Source: an uncultured Bacilli bacterium (GTDB lineage: Bacteria > Bacillota_I > Bacilli_A > RF39 > UBA660). From it: a stretch of 55,742 nt of DNA. Under the pieces are notes generated by a model that did no database searches, had not been told where the DNA came from, and was given only the letters and a program-made list of their open reading frames with translations. The translations under genes and the position numbers were made by a program. The stretch is from the NCBI GenBank assembly GCA_944372415.1, contig CALVZA010000014.1, positions 1 to 55,742 on the forward strand, read 5' to 3'. Shown here in pieces: positions 22,022 to 29,913 of this stretch. Each line of letters opens with the position of its first letter. The first letter of the stretch is position 1.

Positions 22022-22327
22022 TTATTTAGTTTCAATTTTAACATCAACACCACTTGGAACATCTAAGTGAGTTAAAGCATCAATAACTTCCTTACTAGGA
22101 TTTTTTATATCAATAAGTCTTTTATGAGTACGTCTTTCAAATTGTTCTCTACTATCTTTATATTTATGAACTGCTCTTAATACAGTAAATTTTTCAATTT
22201 CTGTAGGAAGAGGAATAGGTCCTGAAATTTCTCCACCTATTCTTTTGATTGTAGTAACAATCTTACTAGCCGTATCATCAAGTACTTTATGATCATAAGC
22301 CTTTAATCTAATTCTTACTTTTGACAT
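22022..22327 (-). CDS. rpsJ: 30S ribosomal protein S10 (start MSKVRI)
   Basis: [26 protein letters not shown]; GGAGG RBS before ATG 22327. Confidence 0.98.
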   Translation of the reverse strand: MSKVRIRLKAYDHKVLDDTASKIVTTIKRIGGEISGPIPLPTEIEKFTVLRAVHKYKDSREQFERRTHKRLIDIKNPSKEVIDALTHLDVPSGVDVKIETK

Positions 22328-22457
22328 TATAAATGCCCTCCCTTCGTTTATATCATTGTATAAACATAGCTCCGTTACGAATTCCCTAATCACTAAACAA
22401 ATTAACAACTCCGCCTAGTGTATCAGCCACCTCGCACATCACAGCCAGTTAAACACA
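22328..22457 (-). ncRNA. Conserved Firmicutes S10-operon 5' leader RNA
   Basis: GATGTGCGAGGTGGCTGATACAC...ACGGAGC...CGAAGGGAGGG resembles my recollection of the Bacillus rpsJ leader; GC-rich island between promoter and rpsJ. Confidence 0.75.
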
Positions 22458-22463
22458 ATATTG

Positions 22464-22492
22464 ATTATATACTACTAATGTAAATAATGCAA
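22464..22492 (-). promoter_or_regulatory. Sigma-A promoter of the S10 operon
   Basis: TTGCAT-17 nt-TATAAT. Confidence 0.8.
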
Positions 22493-22699
22493 GCACAAAT
22501 TGGAAATTTATGAAAATTTCGTGAATTTCTTTCATAACTCTCGATTTACACAATATATATACCATTAAAAAACTATAACAACTATATCAAAAACATTAAT
22601 ACAAACATTTAAATTATATTCACTCATCTCACTTATTAATACCACCAAAATTCACTAACAAATAATAATATTTTAGAAATTTAAAAAAATTTTTCTTAA

Positions 22700-22728
22700 T
22701 TGCTCTACACCACTATTAATGATATAAT
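22700..22728 (+). promoter_or_regulatory. Sigma-A promoter of the GT2 gene
   Basis: TTGCTC-17 nt-TATAAT with extended TG. Confidence 0.65.
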
Positions 22729-22745
22729 TACTAAGAGGTGTAAAA

Positions 22746-23681
22746 ATGTTATTAAGCGTAATAATTCCATCTTATAACGAAGAAGGAAATATAATAGAAT
22801 TAAATAAAAAACTAACTAATACTTTAAAAGATTTAGAATATGAATTAATATATATAAATGATGGTTCAACAGATACAACTTTAAATAAAATTAAACAAAT
22901 ATATGAAAAAGATGAACATATAAAATATATATCATTTAGCAAAAATTTTGGTAAAGATGCTGCTATATATGCAGGATTAAAAAAATCATCAGGAGAATAT
23001 ACTTGTATAATAGATTCTGATTTACAACAAAATCCCAAATATATAATCAGCATGTTAAACCATCTAAAAACACATGAAAATACTGACCAAATAGCAATGG
23101 TTATGAAAAATAGAGACAAAGAAAAACTAATTACAAGATTACTAAAAAAAAATTTCTATAAAATAATTAATAAACTATCTGATACTAAATTAATAGATGG
23201 TGCAAGTGATTTTAGAATGTTTAATAAATCTGTTAAAAATGCAATACTTGAATTAAGTGAAAAAAATAGATTTACAAAAGGTATTTTTTCTTGGATTGGA
23301 TTTAATACAGAATATATGTATTACAATGTAGAAAAAAGATTTTCTGGAACAACTAAATTTAATACAAGAAAACAAATAAAATATGCACTAACAGGAATAA
23401 CTAACTATTCTATAAAACCATTACAACTATCAACAATTATAGGCAGTATAATATCACTATTAGCACTAATATATATTATAATAACAATTCTAGAAGTCAT
23501 TATATTTGGAAAGAGTGTTCCAGGTTATGCTTCACTTTTAATAGTGAGTTTATTCTTAGGAGGACTACAATTAATATTTATAGGAATATTAGGTACATAC
23601 TTAGGAAAAACATATACTGAAACAAAAAATAGACCCTTATATATAGAAAAAGAGACTAAAGGATTTGACGACATCCTTTAG
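22746..23681 (+). CDS. GtrB/YkoT-like polyprenol-phosphate glycosyltransferase (GT2)
   Basis: SVIIPSYNEE, INDGSTD, FSKNFGK, IDSDLQ, SDFRM, two C-terminal TM helices, ETKNRPLY. Confidence 0.9.
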   Translation: MLLSVIIPSYNEEGNIIELNKKLTNTLKDLEYELIYINDGSTDTTLNKIKQIYEKDEHIKYISFSKNFGKDAAIYAGLKKSSGEYTCIIDSDLQQNPKYIISMLNHLKTHENTDQIAMVMKNRDKEKLITRLLKKNFYKIINKLSDTKLIDGASDFRMFNKSVKNAILELSEKNRFTKGIFSWIGFNTEYMYYNVEKRFSGTTKFNTRKQIKYALTGITNYSIKPLQLSTIIGSIISLLALIYIIITILEVIIFGKSVPGYASLLIVSLFLGGLQLIFIGILGTYLGKTYTETKNRPLYIEKETKGFDDIL

Positions 23682-23691
23682 TCTTTTATTT
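23645..23691. terminator. Bidirectional intrinsic terminator between the GT2 gene and virD4
   Basis: Perfect 12-bp stem AGACTAAAGGAT/ATCCTTTAGTCT (23653-23684) with A- and T-runs on either side. Confidence 0.8.
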
Positions 23692-23694
23692 TAA

Positions 23695-25974
23695 TTACTC
23701 ATCTTGGAAAAAATCATCAAAATACTGATCATCAGTAATTACATTAGTATTATTAGAAATACTATTATTTTCTATTTCTTTCTTTTCTTCTGGTTTTATA
23801 GAAGAATCTGAATTTTCCATTAACAAATCATTAAATGTTTTATTAATACTACTACTTTCATTATCTTTATCACTAGTCATATCTTTTAAATTTAATGTTT
23901 CAATATTTGATTCTTTTTCCTTATTTAAACTTTCGTCTAAGTCAAACTTAAATTCTTCAAGAACTTTATCTACATCTTTATTAACATCTTGTTCTATTAC
24001 TTGAGGTTTAGTATTTTCTTTCTCTTTTTCTAATCTTTCCTCTTCTTCAAGTTCTGCTATTTTAGCATCTATCTTCTTTAGTAACTCATCGACATCAACT
24101 TCTCCATTTCCCTCAAAAGGATTAGGAAAATTAGTATTATTATTCGACATAGGATTATTTTGAATAAAAGGATTTATCCCTCCACCAAACATGTCAGTTG
24201 CATTCATTCCTCCGAAATTAGAATTTTCAAAAGGATTTGGAGTTCTATTAAGATTATTCATTACTTTATCTTTTTTTCTTTTATTAACAAAATCTTTTAA
24301 ATCAAATAGACCTATCTTACCTTTGGCTCTATCTACAAAATCAGCCTTAGAGTAACTATTTCCCCAATCTATTTCATAACTAGGTTTTAACTTAGTTTTA
24401 AATGGATTTAATCTCGATCTCATTATAATTGCTTCATTCATTTTCATTTTCTGTAAATCACTTACAGTAACTAATGGAGTTGAAGCTGTTTTATCTTTAT
24501 CTTTACTTTTCTTTTCTCCACATAACTTACTAATTTCTTCTAATGCGGCTAACTCAGTAGTTAATAAATAAATCAAATTACCACAATTACTTCGTATAGT
24601 TTCTGCATCTTCTTTACCGTATACATCATTTAATTGAGCAAAATTTTGAATAATAAATGTAAATCTTATTGCTCTACTACGTGCAGCAGTAACCATTGTA
24701 GTAACATCTTTTAATGGAGGCATATTAGCAAACTCATCAAGTATAAAATTAGTTCTAACTGGTAACTCTCCACCACTTTCTTGAGCAACGTCAATTAAAG
24801 TTTCATAACATTGCTTAATAAAAATAGTTGCTAAAGCATGATAAGTAGTTTTTTCATCATGTATTACCATAAAAACAGCAGTTGGCTTTTTACCAATATC
24901 TCGCATATTAAAATCACTGCGACTTAACATTTCTGATAACTGTTCACGACTTGCAAAAAGTCTTATCTTCTGTCTAAAAACAGAAAGAATACCACCCTTA
25001 GTTTCCGTAGGGGAATTTATTGTATTACTTGCAAATACATAAGGTGTACTAGATTCTCCCTTTAAATTAAAATATTCTTTTATATAATTTGATGGCGGAC
25101 ACTTTTCCTCTCCAACAGTAGTTACATAACTAATAGAATTTAAATTTATCTCTTCTTCCTTAGCATCTTCAAATAACCCAAGTGTTACACCAGCAAAATA
25201 ATCCGATGCACTTTTCTCCCAAAATGGATCTTGTGCTTTTTTATCTTGTATAATATTTAATGCAACATCATCTACAAGTTCTGTTGCTTTATCAGTATTA
25301 CCTAACTTATATAATTGATAAGGTAAAGTTAAAGGATTCCAACAATTTCCCTTTTGAGGTTCACGAAAATTTAATACTATAATATTATAACCTCTAGCAC
25401 GCAACAAATTTGAATGATTCTTATAAATTTCTCCCTTAGGATCAGTAATAATCATACTTTCCTTCGCTTTCGCTAAACTGTATACCAAAGGATCTACTAC
25501 ACTAGTAGTTTTACCACTACCAGTTGCACCTATTACTAATGTGTGATTTTCTCCATTATCAACCCACATATCTTTACCGTTATTAATTAGTACTGTTCCA
25601 GCCGCAGTTGAATCAGGACTACTAATAGGAACTTTAACCACTTTAGAGGCATTTTTTATTTCTTTTTCCTTTGACCAACGAGCATACCCTTTTTCATCTT
25701 TTTCACCAATATTAATACCAATTCCTTTACCCTTTTCTCTATTGAAAATATAAGAAGAAACACTAGCAAATATTGCTATCAAAACAACAAAAAATAATAA
25801 AAACGTTCCAAAAATATACTCAGAGCTAAATCCAGCAAAAGGATTTAATCCTAAAAACTCACCTTCATTTATTATACTTACAGCATTACTAACCGCTATA
25901 CTAGATAAAAATAACAAAAAAATACAAAATACTATAAATATAATAAGATCTTTCGAACTAACATTAAATTTCAT
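23695..25974 (-). CDS. virD4: VirD4/TraG-like type IV coupling protein
   Basis: Two N-terminal TMs, GYARWS, Walker A IGATGSGKT, ITDPKGE, WNPL, DPFW, Walker B FILDEFAN, ARSR, QNFAQL...YG. Confidence 0.9.
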   Translation of the reverse strand: MKFNVSSKDLIIFIVFCIFLLFLSSIAVSNAVSIINEGEFLGLNPFAGFSSEYIFGTFLLFFVVLIAIFASVSSYIFNREKGKGIGINIGEKDEKGYARWSKEKEIKNASKVVKVPISSPDSTAAGTVLINNGKDMWVDNGENHTLVIGATGSGKTTSVVDPLVYSLAKAKESMIITDPKGEIYKNHSNLLRARGYNIIVLNFREPQKGNCWNPLTLPYQLYKLGNTDKATELVDDVALNIIQDKKAQDPFWEKSASDYFAGVTLGLFEDAKEEEINLNSISYVTTVGEEKCPPSNYIKEYFNLKGESSTPYVFASNTINSPTETKGGILSVFRQKIRLFASREQLSEMLSRSDFNMRDIGKKPTAVFMVIHDEKTTYHALATIFIKQCYETLIDVAQESGGELPVRTNFILDEFANMPPLKDVTTMVTAARSRAIRFTFIIQNFAQLNDVYGKEDAETIRSNCGNLIYLLTTELAALEEISKLCGEKKSKDKDKTASTPLVTVSDLQKMKMNEAIIMRSRLNPFKTKLKPSYEIDWGNSYSKADFVDRAKGKIGLFDLKDFVNKRKKDKVMNNLNRTPNPFENSNFGGMNATDMFGGGINPFIQNNPMSNNNTNFPNPFEGNGEVDVDELLKKIDAKIAELEEEERLEKEKENTKPQVIEQDVNKDVDKVLEEFKFDLDESLNKEKESNIETLNLKDMTSDKDNESSSINKTFNDLLMENSDSSIKPEEKKEIENNSISNNTNVITDDQYFDDFFQDE

Positions 25975-26029
25975 GATTACATCCCTTCAATTAATTTTAT
26001 TATAAAACAAATAGTATATTTTTTCTATA

Positions 26030-26734
26030 CTATTTGTTTGATTTCTTTATCTTTACATAAATTATAATAGTAAAAAGAACTATTATAATCAATAAAACTA
26101 CAATAATATAATTAATAACATTATTAGCAACATTATTATCAATTTTTGTATATTTATCTAAAATATTATCTGAAAATTGTATACTTATAGATTTATTAGA
26201 ATAATTATCTTTATTTATATACCAATAATAAATTCCATTATCTTCTTTATCAGCATTAGTATGAGAAATATTTTTATCGGTTTTAAAAGATACTGTTATT
26301 TCTTTCAAATAAGGATAACTTTCAAATATATTATTTATACTATTTGCTAATATAATATTATCTGTTACTCTAAATGACTTAAATAAATTATTAACAATAG
26401 AAGAATTTTGATAATCTTCATTTTCTTTAAAATTATAATTTAAATTTAATCCATATTTATTTTGTTCTTTTATCAATTTTTTATTATAATAATTATAATT
26501 TTTTAATATTTCTTCATCTGTCATATCACCAGGCTGATCTTTATAATCTACTAATATTATAGAATTAGTATAATATTCATTAACTAATTCATTAAATTTT
26601 TGATTATATTCATTTTGATTATTTATAACTTCAAAAGATTCATTAAAAATATCGTCTTCATATACAAGATTATAATTTGCTACACAACCAGACATTATAA
26701 TTGTAATAAATACTAAAAGTATAATTTTTCTCAT
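26030..26734 (-). CDS. Lipoprotein with a C-terminal TM helix
   Basis: Lipobox IMSG-C; hydrophobic C-terminal helix with basic tail. Confidence 0.75.
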   Translation of the reverse strand: MRKIILLVFITIIMSGCVANYNLVYEDDIFNESFEVINNQNEYNQKFNELVNEYYTNSIILVDYKDQPGDMTDEEILKNYNYYNKKLIKEQNKYGLNLNYNFKENEDYQNSSIVNNLFKSFRVTDNIILANSINNIFESYPYLKEITVSFKTDKNISHTNADKEDNGIYYWYINKDNYSNKSISIQFSDNILDKYTKIDNNVANNVINYIIVVLLIIIVLFTIIIYVKIKKSNK

Positions 26735-26747
26735 TATATCACCTATT

Positions 26748-27089
26748 CTAATGATGTTTTATAATATTTAAATAAGTTAAAAAGTTAACATCAGTATCTC
26801 TGTTATAAGGTCTCCAAGCTTTATGATAAAATATTTGTGATTTAAACCAAAAGTATGAATATATATGAACAACAGTCTTATCTACTGCTTCAAGTTGTAC
26901 AACTAGGTAATCCTCTCCATAAACATGACACAGCTTAATTTTTACTGAATAAAAATTCATTTCATAAGATGTATAACTAGTATAAACAGCTTTGACGTTC
27001 CTAATAAATCATCGCAATTTCCTTTTCTACAATATTTTCTCCCCCAAATCTTGCATCATAATTTCATTATCAAAACTAGAATCATACAT
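26748..27089 (-). pseudogene. Possible degraded gene remnant
   Basis: The 70-aa ORF frame extends back to ATG 27089 (MYDSSFDNEIMMQDLGEKIL*KRKLR*FIRNVK...) through two stops; a 330-bp gap in an otherwise tightly packed operon. Confidence 0.3.
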
Positions 27090-28881
27090 TTAAATTAGAA
27101 CTAGCACCACTTTCAGTAGTAGCACCTTCATATCTATAAACAGTTATATAATCATGGCCACTATCCCTAAAATGAACATGCCCTCCACTATTATCTGTTG
27201 TAATAGTATTATTAGTTGGGTAAGTAGATTTTATAGACCCCCACCCAAATGTATGTGCATCATCTATATAAATCTCAGCATGTTGGCCCTTAGTACTATA
27301 TAAAGTTCCAGAGTGTGCAACTAAAACGTCCCCAGTTTGTAAAGTTCCAATATCATCACTAGAATAAGCCTTCCAACCATAATTTCCAACAGTTTTAGCC
27401 CAAGAACCATTTGGATATACCATTTCACCTGAATAACTTTCAGGTAAATCAACTCCACTTACATAAGACATATAAGCAGCCGCAAATTCAGTACAATCGT
27501 CCCCAAAAGCACGTGTACCAAAAGGAGTTTCATAATATTTCCTACTCCCACTACCCTTACCACTTGTTCTATTTTGATAAGTATTTACATTAGCTATATA
27601 CCAATTAGCAATTTCTTCAAGTTTTCCTGCCACATCTCCCGATGCACTACCACACATTATTTTACCAGAATTACTTAGATTAGTAGTAATAAAATTATTA
27701 ACACTTTTATAAGTCTCATCATCATAATGAAGACCATCACTACTTCCAACATTACTTAAACTACTATAAGAATCTATGTAATTAGAAGAAAAATTATCTC
27801 TTAATTTTTTATTAAAACCTTCTATTTCATTATTTGTAATAGAGTAACCATTACTAACAGTTTTACTTTCATCAACAGGATTAACTGATAAAACATAAAA
27901 TTTAGTACTAGGATATTTAGTTATTAAAGATTTATAAGCTTCAATATAATTATCTATATTATATAAATCATTAACACCCAACGATAATATAACAACTCCA
28001 TCAGTTTTTTCTTGCAATTTACTGTCTAATAAACTCAACCCAGTAGTGGTTAACCAATCATAACCTTTACCTGATTCAGCAATATAACTTGCATTTTCAT
28101 TTCCAACTGCAGACTGCATCCCTAAAGCCCTAGAGTCTCCTACATAAATTAATTTATTTTCAACTTCTTCCGGAGTGCAATTTCTCATTCCTTGGCCCTT
28201 TGAAGTCATATTCGTCCCATTTGTTAAAGTTAAGTTTTTAATATCATCACTTGCAAATACAGAAACACATATCATAAATAATAAGAATACTGCTCCACAA
28301 CCAATAACCATTTTAATTTTTAAAGGTGTAGGAAGTTTAGCAAATAAATTACCTAAAACATCACCATTATCTAATGAACTAGTAGATGAACCACCATTAC
28401 TATTACCAAATAGTCCATCCATTTTACTTTTATTATTTCCTTTTGTTCCTCCTGAAGTGCTACCTCCTTGAAAACCACTAGAAGGCTTAGAATTATTTAA
28501 AGCACTGGCTCCTTTACTCCCAGCACTTCCTGCACTAGGACCATTTTTCATCGAAATTAAATCTTTTGCTTGCTTAGCTGTATCTGTTATACCAGCATCA
28601 TCTGCTTTTTTTAACACATTTCCAACTGGACTTTTAGCTAAAGGTTTTGCAACAGTTTTTACAGCTTTATCCCAAGTATTTTTTACAGCAGAACCAACTA
28701 TAGGAACTTGTTCAGCCATATTTTTAATTTGACTTCCTTTACCTCCAGTAAAATAATCTAAAGCAACTTCTCCAGCAAGATCAACTGCCTTTTCAGTAGA
28801 TTCTTGTTTCTGTTCTTTTTTACTTTTTGGTTCTTCTTGTTCCACATCAACATTATTCGGATTAGCCTTATAAGTTCCCAT
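27082..28881 (-). CDS. Membrane-anchored SGNH esterase + NlpC/P60-type (Cys-His) amidase/peptidase fusion
   Basis: TM segment, then GDSR / ESGKG / LGVND / DGLHY (SGNH blocks); C-terminal GDDCTEFAAA...LQTGDVLV...HAEIY. Confidence 0.8.
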   Translation of the reverse strand: MGTYKANPNNVDVEQEEPKSKKEQKQESTEKAVDLAGEVALDYFTGGKGSQIKNMAEQVPIVGSAVKNTWDKAVKTVAKPLAKSPVGNVLKKADDAGITDTAKQAKDLISMKNGPSAGSAGSKGASALNNSKPSSGFQGGSTSGGTKGNNKSKMDGLFGNSNGGSSTSSLDNGDVLGNLFAKLPTPLKIKMVIGCGAVFLLFMICVSVFASDDIKNLTLTNGTNMTSKGQGMRNCTPEEVENKLIYVGDSRALGMQSAVGNENASYIAESGKGYDWLTTTGLSLLDSKLQEKTDGVVILSLGVNDLYNIDNYIEAYKSLITKYPSTKFYVLSVNPVDESKTVSNGYSITNNEIEGFNKKLRDNFSSNYIDSYSSLSNVGSSDGLHYDDETYKSVNNFITTNLSNSGKIMCGSASGDVAGKLEEIANWYIANVNTYQNRTSGKGSGSRKYYETPFGTRAFGDDCTEFAAAYMSYVSGVDLPESYSGEMVYPNGSWAKTVGNYGWKAYSSDDIGTLQTGDVLVAHSGTLYSTKGQHAEIYIDDAHTFGWGSIKSTYPTNNTITTDNSGGHVHFRDSGHDYITVYRYEGATTESGASSNLNV

Positions 28882-28895
28882 AATTCACCGCCTTA

Positions 28896-29396
28896 CTATT
28901 TTATATTCACAGTACTTTCATCTAAATAAACTTCAAAATTCATAATAGATTTTTCCTTAATAATATACTGATTTCCACTTTTATCATATATATTAAAAAC
29001 TTTATTACCATTAATTCTTGAAACGCTGTATTTATCCACATCCATAGAATAAATTGATAAACTCATAATATTTTCTACATATTCTTTATACTTATCAATT
29101 GTTCCAAATCTTATTTCCCTATATTCTTTATTTAAATTATTCCAAGCTTCATCAATATCAAATAACATATTATTCTTATACTCATTCAAATATTTTTTTA
29201 CCATATCTTCTTCAGTAACATAAACTGGAATAAATTCATTATAGTCATACTTTTTTAAATACTTATAATTAGTTGTATCACTTTCACCAATAATTTTATT
29301 TTTACTACTAAGAACAATATATATTATAAAAGTAATAACAACTAATACTATACAAATAAATATTATTTTTTTATTTTTTTTTATATTTTCAATCAT
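28896..29396 (-). CDS. Single-TM extracytoplasmic protein (VirB8-like or immunity candidate)
   Basis: N-terminal TM; AWNNLNKEY helix pattern; paired with the similar-sized upstream gene. Confidence 0.65.
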   Translation of the reverse strand: MIENIKKNKKIIFICIVLVVITFIIYIVLSSKNKIIGESDTTNYKYLKKYDYNEFIPVYVTEEDMVKKYLNEYKNNMLFDIDEAWNNLNKEYREIRFGTIDKYKEYVENIMSLSIYSMDVDKYSVSRINGNKVFNIYDKSGNQYIIKEKSIMNFEVYLDESTVNIK

Positions 29397-29899
29397 AAAC
29401 CCTCCTTAAATATTTTTCCATCATAAGGAGCAATGCTAAATAATTGATCTTTTAAATCCATATTAACTTTATAATATTCCTCTTGTTTAATAGGACTTTC
29501 ATCAAGTACTTCTTTAACTAAATCACCCATTACATAATAAGTTATATAATTTTTATCAACCTCTTGATAATATATTTTCTTAGATTTAAATGTGTAATTT
29601 CCATCTAACTTATTTAAAAAATTATAAACATTATCTTTAGTAATATTATTTGAATTAACATATTCATCATCTAATACACTCATAAGTGCATCAGAATTAT
29701 TTCCAGATAAATATGTTATATATTTATATATACACGAATTTACAGTAAAAAATCTAGAATAATCATTTAATAAAATATAATTATCTTTCTTAACAACTTC
29801 TACTTTGTCATCATTATTTAAATATAATAAACCAACTATAGATATAAGAATTAAACATATAATAACTAAAATTATATAATTATCTTTTTTCTCATTCAT
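29393..29899 (-). CDS. Single-TM extracytoplasmic protein (VirB8-like or immunity candidate)
   Basis: N-terminal TM; LMSVLDDEY; overlaps the next gene by 4 nt. Confidence 0.65.
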   Translation of the reverse strand: MNEKKDNYIILVIICLILISIVGLLYLNNDDKVEVVKKDNYILLNDYSRFFTVNSCIYKYITYLSGNNSDALMSVLDDEYVNSNNITKDNVYNFLNKLDGNYTFKSKKIYYQEVDKNYITYYVMGDLVKEVLDESPIKQEEYYKVNMDLKDQLFSIAPYDGKIFKEGL

Positions 29900-29913
29900 T
29901 ATTTATCACCCTT

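Noticed and set aside
22502-22536. CodY-like box (AAATTTATGAAAATT) and inverted repeat upstream of the S10 promoter
   Set aside because: Two mismatches to an AT-rich consensus in a very AT-rich genome; likely chance
22772-23119. 115-aa minus-strand ORF
   Set aside because: Antisense shadow of the GT2 gene
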